Source of the DNA: Podarcis liolepis
Taxonomy: Eukaryota
DNA length: 64,000 nucleotides
Direction: 5' to 3' (one strand)
NCBI GenBank assembly: GCA_965112155.1
Contig: OZ218103.1
Part shown: piece by piece, positions 11,801 through 25,103 of the stretch
Layout: each line of letters starts with the position of its first letter
Numbering within the stretch: position 1 is the stretch's first letter
The notes under the pieces: generated by a model
Database searches by the model: none
The model's input: only the letters and a program-made list of their open reading frames with translations
Told to the model about the DNA's origin: nothing
Translations under genes and position numbers: made by a program

Positions 11801-14800
11801 ATCTTAAACACGGGACATGAGCAAACAAATGGGGAATTTCCTCAACAGCATGATCTGAAGCCATGGATGGAAATTAGTTTGGAAGCCTTGGTTTGGACTT
11901 GGAAAGCAATCCCTCGTTAGTTCTTACCATAGTTTGAGTGGTTTGAATGTCATGAAAAACTATGATTTTTGCAAACTGTGGAAGACAGAAGGAAACTGTA
12001 TGGGTGTGGGCATAGTTTTTGTACTGTATTCACTTCAGCTTAATCTGTTGATACTGGCCGTAGCAAAATAGGGATCCAATAATATATTTCTAACTCTGGC
12101 AGTGAAGATACAATACCTTTAAAATGATATGACCAATATCTTTTTTAAGTGTGATGAGCATGAAAAGCATATTATTAGTATTTTGCATAATTAATTAAAA
12201 CATTGTTTGTTATAGGTATATTCACAGTTATCCATATATCACTTTAAATAGAGGCTGATGGGGTTGTTGGAATGGCTCTTAATACTTAGGAGTCCCAAGT
12301 GACCACTTTAAGTGACATTTTCTGCCTCTGCTGCTACATCCCTTAGCTACATCCCTGGGGGTGCCTACTTCAGGTTTTTTTTAGAAGCAAAGCTCTTAAG
12401 CAGGCATCTGCTTTAGACAGTTGCTTTCAGTCCTATTGATTTCAACAGAATGCATGCATCTAGGCAAACCATGTACTTAAGCACTGGAATGGCTTGCTCC
12501 TTGTGTCCACTGAAACCACAGACTTCTAGATTTCTGTTCTCTGAATGTGGTGTACCATTATCATAGTTGTTCCAATATTACTTTGGCGTACCGGTATCTA
12601 TTGATGTGCAGTGTTGGGTACTAATATCAGTCCCCTCTCATTGTGTACTCAAGTGGCAGTAGTAACACCACACATTTTCACACAACCATTGGGCCTCCTT
12701 GTTGAACTGGCTGAGCTTCATTTGCTTTGGGACAAAGGAGAGAGCAGGCCTTCTCACTCAATAGCAGAGCTAGATCACTTGCCCCAGAGAGCAGCTGGCA
12801 GTCCCTAGGCTTCTGGTTAAAAATTATTGCCCACATATCTGTAATCCCAATGTACTTGGGTTTGCTGAACCCTATTAGCATACCTACAGCTCCATATAAT
12901 CCTTTTCCCCCCAGTTGCATTCAACGCCTGAGTGTTTAACTGAGCCCCATTGCTTTAAATTAGACTCTGTACTGTTCTAAGTACTTGCAGACATCTTGAT
13001 CTATTCCATTTTGCACAGTGAAGTGTTTTCATTAGCGCAGCATTCATGCATGTGTGATAGTAGCTAACTGATGTAATTAACCAGCATGTCAAAGGCTATT
13101 TATTTCTTGCACATGCAACCATCTTTCTGTGGTAAGGAATCGTTTCTGCTGACACAGTGCGTATGTAAACATGCTAAACTACAAGCCATTGCCCTTACAG
13201 TCTGCACTGTACTCACAAATTACAAACACTGATTTCACTTTAAAAAGGCTAAACTAATGAGAGTTACTTTAAATTTCCATGCCACTGTTAACTACACGTG
13301 TAGCTGGAAATGCAAAGGCAGGGGTTCAAAACAAAGAAAGATCAAGAGAGATGGCATAGGTCATGGAGAACAAATCGCCTACTTGATTGTAGGTCAACCA
13401 AGTGCAGAATAGTATTGCTGTACTTGTCTGGCCCAAGTGGCTGCTTGCCGGTTGCTTTTAAACCTCAGTTATGCACTGAGGTTATGCACATGTGTCAATG
13501 CTTGCAGGATCAAGATTGCTGATTGCAAATACCTTGGGAGCAAAAGTTTCTGTGCCAAAGTACTAGAACATTTTGGCCCTAATTTTTTTCAGCATCAAGG
13601 GATCAGGCTTCCATAGAAATAAAATGTGAAGAAAAATGGCAATGCAAAACAAGGATTTGGTCTTGGAGGTGGTTCTTCAGGCAGATTCTGCATCGTAGAA
13701 TATGATATGTAAATGATTCCTGCTTGGAGGAAGAAGGAACAATAAATAATTCAGGCATCCTATCACCAGTTCCCTCACATAGACTTCCTTTGGTTTCAAT
13801 CCCTTCACAACATAAATTGCTTGCATGCTTTCTTGGTATTTTGGTAAAACCATGAAAACTGTAGACTTATTCTCTGCTAGCTATAAACATTTCAATGTTT
13901 GCACTATGATCCAGGGTCTTGCAGATGTTAAAAATCCCAGATTTTTAATCCAGATCCCACATCTATTCAAGTATACAAAGACACAATCTGTATAATCTCA
14001 CATTTATTGTGACCTTGTAGAACTCCTTGGCTTTCTTGCTTCAATTTGTTACACGCATTAGCATAATTCAGGAAAAAAATCTATGAAGGTTAAAGACATA
14101 GCTTTACTGTAAAAATCTACAGTGATGAGAACTTTATATGTTTGGAGTTTACAGTTTTTCTGTTTAAATGTTACAGTTTGTTCTGTTTAATAAACACTTC
14201 TTTATTCAGCACAACATTTATGGAATTTACTGGAATAAGATATGGTGAGATTTTGATTGCCTTTAAAAAGGGATTATACAGAATCAAAGATTTGGGGTCT
14301 ATGGCCCCAAACCATGACAATTATATGGAACTGCCATTTTCCTAGAGGACAATAACAGGAGCAGGCTATTCCCAGAGGCATATGGTTGACCACTGTGGGC
14401 CAACTATGTGGTTTGTGGCATAATTTTAGATTTTACAAATTTAAATAGCTCTCCTTAACATGAAGTGCATTGCCAGTCAGTGATGGAAACTGAACTTGAA
14501 ATACAGTGCTTCAGAGTGTCTGCAATATTCAACAAACACATTCATATTCTTAATAACTTGATGAGATGTAGTGAAAATGGGTTATCAATAGGTTTTCTTT
14601 TCTCCTCTAAAGAGAGTGTGTTCTGGCAGCACTGCTGGCATGATGATCATGGAAAGCTGTGTCCTATGCTTTGTTTCTCACACAATACACACCACTTCAT
14701 TCTCCAATACAGCTTGCAGATAAGGCCATTGGCACTGCTGTAGCCTGGTCCAGCCACACAATTTGTCTTAATTTTGCGGTACTGTCTAAGCAAGTCTTAG

Positions 14801-17800
14801 TTTACAGGAGGCCACCGCACGGGGTCTCATGAAGCCCAGCAAGCTTCTTCATGTGGTCTGCCTGGCAATAAGATGATTTAATAATTTGTGTGCCCATTCT
14901 AAAGAGGTTTGGCTGCTTACCATCCAGCCTGCCCTCAGGGGTGATTTACTTAACCATATGCTGCCATAGAAGCAGCTGCATTTGATTGCATCTACCAAAC
15001 TCTGAGATTTATCCGCCACACAGCTGAAGCCTTTCTCCTTTATCTGCCACTTCCCTTGGCTGTATGCCCCTGAAATCATTTGTGTCTAAAAGGAGGACAG
15101 AGAAAATTTTAGCATGTAGTTGGGTGTTGACAATCTGAAATGATGAATTGATCCTCTGAGAATCCATAGGCAATTTGCTGAAGCAACAGTAATAAAAATC
15201 TTGACATTGCTCATTGCTTTCTTGCTGATACTGTCTGTTGGTGAATCTGTATTGCATGTGCTATAATCAACACTGAAAATTCAAACCATCTCAGTAGCTC
15301 TCAATATGCAATTGACTTGACTACTATTGTGGACTGACTATATATGCCTATTTTTTTCATTCATGGGTAGTAATTTATTTCTCTTTTTAGCCTGTCCCAT
15401 CTCAAAGTTTATGTCTGGATAATAATGCCTTATATATAAAACACAGAATTTACAATATGAAAGAAAATCTTGACTGAATAAATTACATGAGCGTCCACAT
15501 AGTATAAGAATTTATTATAAATAATTGTCGTGTTGAATCAGAACAATGGTTCATCTAGTTCATTAATGTCTACTTTGATTGGCAACAGCAAAGAAATCTC
15601 AAAGAGGATTTAGCCATATAGATGGATCTTTTCTGCCACTGACCTTTGGTCCTTTCTCAGTATAACTTAGTGCAATAGTGTTTATGTTTAATAATGAATA
15701 CATTGTTATTTCTCCCATAAAATTCTGACAGGATTTCCCCATTATTATATCAATTTGAATTTTGTAGGCTGTATTCCCATGATTTGGTATATATACATTA
15801 CTTTTTGATATATTCTTCAACAGCAATATGAAGGGTTAGGAAAGGAGGTGAATTGTTGTTTGCTAAGATCTAGATCTGTAACCTCTTGACCTTCTGATCT
15901 CTTCTTATCCTGTCCAGATGGAAATTCTCGATGTCAGCTGCCCTATTTGTGGATGTAAGATTGGCACATTTCCTCTTTCTCCTTTCGCTTCCAGCACCTG
16001 AAAAGACTGGTGTCAATATGATGATTCTTAATAGTTATAATCCAACCTGTGTATTTTACAAAATACTAGACCTTCTGGTTTGGGGTTATTCGGGGGGGGG
16101 GGGTTCCAGTACAATCTGTCAAATGGCACAGTGGTCATCCAGACTTTTGGCTAAAGGGGGATGCCATTTTTAAAAATTTTGAATTAGACTGTGGGATACC
16201 AACCTTTTCCCCATGAATACATATGGATTTTTGCCGGGGGTGCCAGGCCCTGTGGTCGCTTTTCCGTCCCCTCCTCCAAGAAACACACTTCCCTTTTCCA
16301 AAGGAACTGGGTAAAAGCTGGTTCCAGTAAAATCAATCTGAGACTTAGAAAGCACAGAGAGATGAAATAGTAAGTGTGAAAGAGTATCATTCTTCCATCT
16401 TTTTTCTTCAGCTCAGTGTACTTTTCAAGGGAGAAAAAGGAACCCTTACCATTTCAGGACCAAGCAGGCAGTGAGTGCAGGGGTAGGGGGAGACTCAAAG
16501 CTTTCACGGGTGCCATGGGAAGACCTCAAGGGCATCATTGCACCCATGGATGTCACAATGGCAATTGCTGAAATAAACTGCACAGGAAATATACCCTCTG
16601 TGTCAATAATGGGAATTTTGGATTATTGTAGCTCAGACAATGGGAATACTGTACTGTTAATTATTTAATCATTTAAAATGATACTTCAACATAATAATAG
16701 TTAAGATATGAGTTAATGACACTTAATATATACCCTAGATTAAGAGAGAACTGTGGCACATACAGTGCTTTTCATGTATTCATTGCATTTGAAATAGTCT
16801 CCAAAGCTACCTAATTTCTGGCCAGTGTGATACCATATATCTAAAGCATCCCAGACAGATGTCTCTCCGACATTTTCTTGAGTGTCTTTGAGAGAGGAAA
16901 TCCCATAGTTGCTGTAGGCAGGTTTTTTCTTCATTGATTGACAGTTTTTTATGATTTTGGAGGACTTTTAAAAGTTATCCTAAAATTTAAAATCATTGCT
17001 TCTTGTCCTTTCTTAACACTGAACATGATCTCCCAAATGATGTCTTACCAGTGCTGAGTAGAAAAATGGTATAATTTCCCATGTGACTGCTAATTCATCC
17101 TAAAATGGCACAATTCTTCTATGCTATAGACACAGCTGGTGTCACAGCATCTCTCATCTCTTCGTCTTACTTTTCGACAATTACTACTAGTATCTGCTAT
17201 AAAAAATGGGTGGTTAATGATTTCATAGTGTAGGCAGTGCTTGCTAGATAACTGTTTGTGAAGCTTGCAAATAGGAATCAAAGCAATATAGGAATATCAA
17301 AGCAATATAGGAATCAATCCTAAAGCAGCACACAAACACTGCTAAGTCTCCTTAACCTTGATGAGAACTGCCAATGTTTATATCTTGTTCAAAACCACAT
17401 AGACTTTGATAGATCAGGGTTCATCCTCTGCTGATTTTTTATTTCTTTTATTTTCCTCACCTGCAATTGTAAACACTGTCCCCTAAGCCGTCAAGTTAAA
17501 AGATGCACCCTATTAACCTGGTCATGAATGCTTGAAAATCTTAACTTGCCTATTAACTTGTCTACTAGCCCATACCTAATTGTGCAAAACAGCAAGTGGA
17601 TAGGGGGAGAAATACCCTGCTAGTTTAAATGTACAAGAATGAGTTGCTTAAAAAATTAGGCAGGGTGCAATTTTTCCAGAAAGCGCAGTATCATAGCCTA
17701 AATTTTTCAGATAGCCCAGTCTCTTAGTTCCCCAAGAACCCACTTGGAGACATCAATGACTTGGCAGTTTCCATTTACGCTGCCACAAGCTGGAAGGGTG

Positions 17801-18073
17801 ACTAGGTTGTTGTTGCAATAAATCCTTATTGACACAATCATAGATGGATAACAATGGTAAGTTATGGTTCAGGTTGAAAAAGCCAACCAAGTGGAGTTCA
17901 ACCTATCACTGTATTATGATAGACCTTTGATCTTTTAGTAAAGAGGTCATCAGTGTTGGAGTGGGGAAGAAATGCATTTCAGATCTTTGTAAAAACACTC
18001 ATTGAGACTATACTAAATTCAGGTGTTGTGTGTTGGGGTTGTAGCATTTTGGAGGTGCTTCTTAATGTATGTA

Positions 18074-18314
18074 CAGTGGTACCTCCGGTTATGAACTTAA
18101 TTAGTTCCGGAGGTCCGTTCGTAACAGAAACCGCTTGTAACATGTGGCATGCTTTTGCTAATGATGCCTCCCGTTGCTGCCGCGCTGCCAGTGTGTGACT
18201 TCCGCTCACATCCCAGGGTAAAGTTCGCAACTGGGAGCATCTACTTCCGGGTTAGCAGAGCTTGTAACCCAAAGCGTTTGCAAGGAGGATGGTATGTTAC
18301 ACAAGGTTCCACTG
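18074..18314 (+). mobile_element. Tc1/mariner (Tigger-like) MITE, related subfamily
   Basis: TA|CAGTGGTACCTCCGGTT ... AAGGTTCCACTG|TA, TA TSD on both sides; shares GAACTTAATT.GTTC.GGAGGTCCGTTC with copy 1. Confidence 0.9.
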
Positions 18315-19029
18315 TATGTGAAGGTGGCACTTCAGTTCTTTGTTGCATCTGGTCTGTTCTGATTCCACCACAATATGACAAAATGATAGCAGTTAAATTA
18401 AAGAATGATGTTTTTAGTGACCCATAAGTGAGCCTCTTTATTTATTCTGGGTGTTTTGGTTTCTATGGAACACTTGAACTGACAACCTTTTAATGGAAAA
18501 AAGTGGATATTTCTTCGGGTGATGGGTGGGAGGTCTTAATTTCCTGAAGCACCCCCTTCGTGGACCAACACAAAGCTGTGTTTGCAGGCGGTCATGGCTC
18601 ACTGCAAGGGATATCTAGCTCTGCGTTTGCCCCGGCTTCTCTGAGGGGGTGAACACAGTGTTGAGGGAGGTCTTGGTTTTAGAAGGTTGGAAGGTTTATT
18701 AGTGTTGACAGTGTGTGAACTTGACATCTTTTGTAATAATGAGGTTTTAAAATGTGAATTATTCATGCCTTGCTTTGAATACAGGCTTATTGTGTTAGTT
18801 GGAGCTGTGAAGAGAGGAAAGATATTAATTAAATAAACGTCACTGTTCTAGAAGATCATGTGGGAAATTTTTGTCATGCCTTCAGTATAATCAAGGGAAC
18901 TAGACACAATACATACTTACTGAAGTTAGTTGTAGTTAGATTCAAAACATATTGATAATTCTGTTCTAGTTTAATGCATATTATCTGTTAATAGTGATTA
19001 AATCTTGAAATCACGGGGGCTGTTTGGGT

Positions 19030-19370
19030 TGGTTCAAATTCAACAGTTACCAAAAGCAGTATCAGTCTCTCAGACTGTATAAATCAACCAATGACCTGAT
19101 AATTAAGAAAGTTCTAATAACAGGCATAGATGGAATTATATTTATGAATGCTATTGGCGTGTTTGTGTGGGTTATAAAGAGAATTTTGTGTTGCTGTTTG
19201 TATAAATAGCAAAATGGCTGGACAAATGTTAAGTTGGCCAAGCACATATGCAAAATTGATTTAATTTGATGTTTAAGAAGAATTTATATTTTGCAGCTAA
19301 GCTGAACTGAGTCACATGTACCAAGTGCTTAGAATCCATATTTGGGAAGGAGCCTTCCAAGGACAAGTGA
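19030..19370. promoter_or_regulatory. Candidate enhancer (CArG / MEF2-like / AP-1 / NKX2 cluster)
   Basis: CCATATTTGG 19336-19345, TGAGTCA 19308-19314, CAAGTG 19322-19327, GTATAAATAG 19200-19209, no recognisable TE. Confidence 0.45.
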
Positions 19371-20689
19371 TTTTATACAGGAAGCAATGATAGTATTTTA
19401 CTAGCTAGTGTCCTTCTCTACATTAGCATCAAATAGTTATTCTGCCGCAGCTATTCTGCCGCAGAACTGATGGTGTTGTTAGGATGAAAGATCCTGACCA
19501 CATAAGCAATTAAAGACTTCCTAAGCAGTGGTGTGTTTTTTGTTTTGCAGGAAGTTGCAGTAGAGGCAAACTTTGTTCAGGATAGCTTCCCTCCTGCCTC
19601 TTTAAACTTCCTCTGGCCAATTCCACTAAATGCCACAAAAGTTCTCATTTCCTATCTAGGTCTGCTTCATTACTCCTCCACAGCAGTCACCCTGCAGATT
19701 TGTTTGAAGTGACTCTTAGTCTGAGTGTGCACAAAGTTAATGCCATTTGTCTAGCTTTGACACACGGTTTACTGTGACTTGTGTTGAAGATGGAATTAAC
19801 ACCATTACCAGAGAGGTCTGTGCTACAGAGGTCACTGAAAGTGCAGTGCAGAGAGTTCTGTACTAAAAATATACAGAACAAAATATTGTTCCTGTTATTT
19901 CCAAAGCTCATGATAAGGCTGTTAAGGAGGACACATGAATAATGGCTGTGCAATCAGCCACATTCCCTAAACTTAGTCATATCAAGAGGTTGGTTGTATT
20001 CTATGATGATGTATATAAATATTAAATCCATTGGGTTGACTGGGCTGGGTCATACGTAGCTGATAAGATGTTGAATGCCTTTTGCTGTGCTTCTGAAGTC
20101 TTCTAACAATCTACTGTAACAAAACATAACAGGGGGAGAGGTGGAACCTCTCTACCTATTCTGCATGCAACTGGTAGACTGGCTACTGTGCCCTCTGGCC
20201 TGATGGTGTTGTCGGTGAATGCAGGGTTGGTTCACAATAAAAATTTACTCATCCACAATTTGAGGGAGCCAAGCTGATGTGTATTACTGAGACCTGGGTG
20301 GGTGTGCAGGGCAGAGTCAACCTGTCTGGGCTTTGTTCATCTGAGTACTCAATGCAGCATTAAGCCAGACTGGGGCAGGGGGAGTCTTTGTGGTCCATGA
20401 AAGTATGATCATGCTCATCAGGACACTTTGTACCTAGTGGTGTGCAAAGCACATTGGAGTGGCCACTGGTGTACCATCCACATTGCTGTCCAGTGGTTTT
20501 GTTTACCAAATTAGATGAGGTGGATTTGGGTGTACTGTTGGGCAATCTGTGGAAGTTTAACATCCATACTGAGACCACGTTTGTAGTGCTAGCTCAGGAC
20601 TTCATGGCTTTCATAGACATCCGCATGGCTGTGTCACTTTGTTACTGCTCTACCACAAAGGGCAGGACATACACTTGGTCTAATCTTCA

Positions 20690-20860
20690 GGGTTGGAGAC
20701 GCAATCTACTAATTCCGTTGCTTCTCCTGGATCTGTCAGCAACTTTTGATATGATTAACCATGTTATCCTTCTGGACCACTGTGGACTCCATTTTACTAA
20801 ATTTCCAGTCTTCCTTATGGGGTTAATTCCGGAGAATAGAATTGGGTGAGTGTGACTCTG
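20690..20860 (+). mobile_element. L2/CR1-clade reverse transcriptase fragment
   Basis: Translates LLLLDLSATFDMINHVILLDH, matching the non-LTR RT motif LLDLSAAFDTVDHxILL. Confidence 0.85.
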
Positions 20861-20862
20861 CC

Positions 20863-21150
20863 CAGCGGTGAAGCAAGCCGATTGGGCGCCTGGGGCAGCG
20901 TGCGTGCCCTGCACCCAGGGGCGGGGCCAGCCACCTGCAAGGGCGGGGCGAGATGGGGCAGGACGCTCTGTGGGGCCTCGGAGGAGTCTGCATGCCTCCT
21001 CCCACTCAGCCGCCCTACAGCTGAGGGGGAGGCAGCGGGCGGACCGTTTGTGGCAGTGCAGAGCCTGTGGGCACCCAAGCCACCGTGTCACTCCCAGGAG
21101 AGATGTGTGGCTCGGGCACAGTGCAGGCCCTGTGGTGAGTGCCACCTGGT
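20863..21150 (+). mobile_element. GC/CpG-rich insertion, probable truncated non-autonomous DNA element
   Basis: Abrupt jump to high GC starting CAGCGGTGAAGC directly after the L2 RT fragment; many CpGs; no matching right TIR found. Confidence 0.5.
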
Positions 21151-24100
21151 ATCAGATATTGAACCTGTTATGCTGTGGATTAAGGATTCATAATGAGAAG
21201 CAGTGTGAAGTATGTGAGGTTAGCACCATCTCTATGTTTGTATATCTTAGCCTAATTGTTGTGCCATTTGTGTTCAATAACTGCATCGTTATGTATGGCA
21301 GGTTGGTAGAGTTTCTAGCTTTAGCCTCTGAGATGGCTTTGGTATGTTTAAGAAATAATTCCAATGTACAGAGTTTCACTAAGTATGATTTTTCCCATCA
21401 CAGTCAGTTGCAGTTATGGGAATAGCCACATCTTGCAGACTTTCCCTTTTTATGGAGCTCTTTAAAAGTAGGCACAAGAACCCACTAAGTGTCTGAACCA
21501 GGCAACCCCACAATGTGGTTAGTGGGTGGTAGGCAGGTGGTGAAATTTATTCAGCACAAAACTGAAATATGTTTCCAGTAATGGGATTTTGAATCTCACA
21601 GTAATAAAAGAAACCCTTTTTGCCTAGATTTGATCATTGACAGAATTTCTAGATGTGTTGTTTCTGTGCTGTGTAGATGCGAAGTGAAGCCACCACCCAC
21701 CCACTCTCCCATTTTTTCTTTTTCAGCCAGCTACTATACAAAGAATGCATTTACTGTAAACCTGGTTGGAATTTTATTCAGGCCATTTTAAAAAATAAAT
21801 GAATAAAAGGGAGGAATAGGAGAGTTAGAAAAACTGGGAAGACTTGGAACGAGGTATAGGGAGAGGCACTGATATATATGTAACCATTTGAAATCAAGCT
21901 TTCATCCCAAACATTTGTGCTTGAATTTTGGAGCTGTTGATACCCTTAGAAACAGTAGAGTACAACAGTAGTAGTTGTTAGACATGGTATGGTAACATAA
22001 AGAAGTGCACCTAATACTTCATTTTCAAGAATAACTGGAGGGAAATGACAACCAGAATTTAGTAAATACATTTTAGATTAAGGAGGTAATTTTAAACCCA
22101 ATAGCTACATAGTAATCACCATTGAACACAGTAGGATTTACCTCTGAGAAAACATGCACAGGATTATATGCTGCATAGTAATTTTTCATTGCCTCCTGTC
22201 CCCCCCCCCCCCATCCATTGAGACTGGATCTTATTTCACTTAAATTATGAGTGTTGTGGCTTGGAACATTTTCATAACCTGATGAGCTAGGCTAGGTTAC
22301 TTAAATTATTTAAAGAGTTAACACAAAGATTGGCTGACACAGGTGTTTAATACAATACAACCAGATAATATATTACCCAGATATTAGTATTTTTATATAG
22401 GTCTAATTTGGCAAAGCACAAAATGCGTTGCACACACACTTTGCAATGATGGAAGAGCTGCTGGGCTGGGTAGACCTCTGTCCTCGGCAACCCAACAGTA
22501 ATTGAAGATCTTTAAAAATGCATGCATCCTCCGTCTTTCCCATATGGGCTCCTAAGGCAACATGACCTTATGTGGCCATTATCTGACCTCTTTTACTCTT
22601 GGATTACAGGGTACAAAGCAAATTTATAGTTGTTTATTCTCTCCTCCTATCAGCTATTAGTGCCTAATCATATGGTCTATTGATCATGTGATTAATCACC
22701 TGCCTAAAGACGCAGCAGATCTTGTGGAATGCTGCACTGCACCACACTGAACTTCAACCTTTTATACAAACTTGAACAGTAAAAACATTAGTCAATGCCG
22801 AAGCCTCTGGTTAGTATGCTGCTAGAACACCAGGAGGTAAATCTTGTTGGTTAAGAAAACACACCATACTATCAGTTCTTCCGTTTAAAAAACATATAAT
22901 CCTCCCATACTTCATTTGCAGATACATACACTTGCCTAGAAGATTATTTTAATGCATCCTATAGATACTAATTGGCGGGGGTGGAGGCAGGGACTGTGCT
23001 ATGTTATAGTGTCCACTATTTTTACCATAAGGATCTGACAGCATTTCAGTAGTAAAACCTTTATTTTCAAGGATTTATAATATGCTCGTGACGTTTGGCT
23101 CTGCCTGAGCTATGAGTCTTTAAGATTCTTTTCTTCTTGTTCCCAACTTGTCGTTTTAAATACTGATTGGCCATATTTTATTTGCAAATCTTCATTTGTG
23201 CTACTATTTATTTGTTTTACCTTTTCTCTTAAAATCAGCATTATATAAAATTGAGTATAAAATAAAACAGGGATTTTTAAATAGTTAAAAAAGGATTGCT
23301 ATACACAGTTTGTGGGAGCTGTTTCTCACAAATACCTGTTAAATGGTATTGTCATGATGGAGATGTAATATAGACTAGATCAGAGGCCTTCTATCTTGTT
23401 GCAAAACGACCTTTTAAATATTCGTGTATAGAACCAGCTTTCCATCTGTTAACTTGTAGAAAGGAATATATCACTTTTAATCCTTGTTCATTTTTCATCC
23501 TTGTTATTTTCTTGAAATCTCAACTCAGTATGAGTCCTAAGAACACTCCACCTGCTTCCCCTCCCTCCGTCATCTCATACCATCTTATCACTGCGAAGGG
23601 AATATGGAACTTGGCATATCACAATTATTTGATGTTCCTGACCCTTGACTCTGCCCCTAGTTTGAAAGGCAGACTGGGTTGCAGGGTCAGGGATATTCTA
23701 CATTGAAATAAATGAAGCACATCCCATTTATTATCTTCTTGTGTGGTGAGAAGGTGAGAGCAGAAGCCTGAGAGTCTGAAATACTTAATATTCCTTGGAA
23801 AGTAAGAAGTGAACTACTGTCCTAGGCACATTTCAAGCCTGTACATCTGTCTCGAAATTCAAGCAACAAATCACACCGCAAAAATCTTGTAGCAAGGAAT
23901 ATCGCAGTGGACAAGTGTAGAAGAAGGCATGGGGACTTCTCTGAGTTATGCTGCCTACAAATGAGGCATTGGGCCATACTCTATATCATGCCTACTGTTC
24001 CAAAAAGATTCATGGTTCATTCTATGAAGATATTCATGCTGTGTAACACACTGTGTGCATGTGGTGATGGGACTAAGCTCAATGCCACAAGGAAACCCTG

Positions 24101-25103
24101 TCAGACGCCAACTGCTGTGAATTCTCTGCTCCCTTACCAATCTATTTGGTGTTTGCTTAGGTATGTGAACAACCCCTGCTGACAAAAATGTAATTAAACA
24201 AAATAAATGAAAAAGGGGCAAGTAATTTTAAGTGGTGTTAGATGGTGTTTATGTATGATGGAGATGGAGACTACTACTTGTGCTTCTTGTAGGAGAGCTG
24301 GTAGGAGAGGATAACTCATTCACTTTCTCAAAAGGCAAGGCCAATTCAACTTCACTATACCTTTCTGTGGAAGACTTTCTTCCCAGTACTTGGCTCTGAC
24401 TTCTAAGAAGGAGCATATTTGTTTCAGTTTTGAAGCTTTGACAATTTAATCTTACTTGTTCGTTTCACTTCCAGTTTTTCTAGTTCTACATACATTTGGT
24501 ATATTGTGTATGGATGGCCTTCTTCTCTGATCATTTTTGTTGAGAGGTGTGGGAGCTTTTCCACGGATCAGCCACACTGGTCCTACCAGAAGCCTAGACT
24601 CCAGCACTTTTGCATCTTTAGCCCAAGCAGGTCATTTGCCATTGTGGCAGAGGGGAGAGGCCCTGTTCTCTGCTGCCTCCTTCCCTTTAAAAAGGCAGAG
24701 TTACCTGGTGACTGTTTTGGTGGCTGACTGGTAGCTGCCATAGCAGAAACACCAATTTGTTTTGCCATCCCTGCATGTATTTCAGTTGAAATGAAATAAA
24801 GCAGTCAAACAGAATGAACTTGAGACAGACGGAAACAACAGAGCTATATTTCAAATCTATACAGGCTAATCTATACAGGCCATAACCTGCCCAAAAAAGC
24901 TATTGAACGGCTCTGTATTGGGACACTCACACCTGAGGAGATGGTGCAGCTGTTCTATCATGCTAAAAAAAGGGTCAGATTTTCAAAGCTCGGGTGGGAG
25001 GAAGCTGAAGAGGGAAAATGGGGAAGGAGAATGTTTTGTTCATGACTTCATGTAAACATCCTAAAAAGCAAATAAAAAGGGGGGACATTTCCTATGACCC
25101 TAA

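Noticed and set aside
19530-19665. Strong acceptor TTTTTTGTTTTGCAG followed by an open frame
   Set aside because: No convincing donor; peptide unrecognised; such acceptors arise by chance in T-rich introns (same for the one at ~135-154)
20442-21425. Stack of overlapping ORFs up to 185 aa
   Set aside because: Explained by an L2 RT fragment plus a GC-rich, stop-poor insertion; no coherent protein
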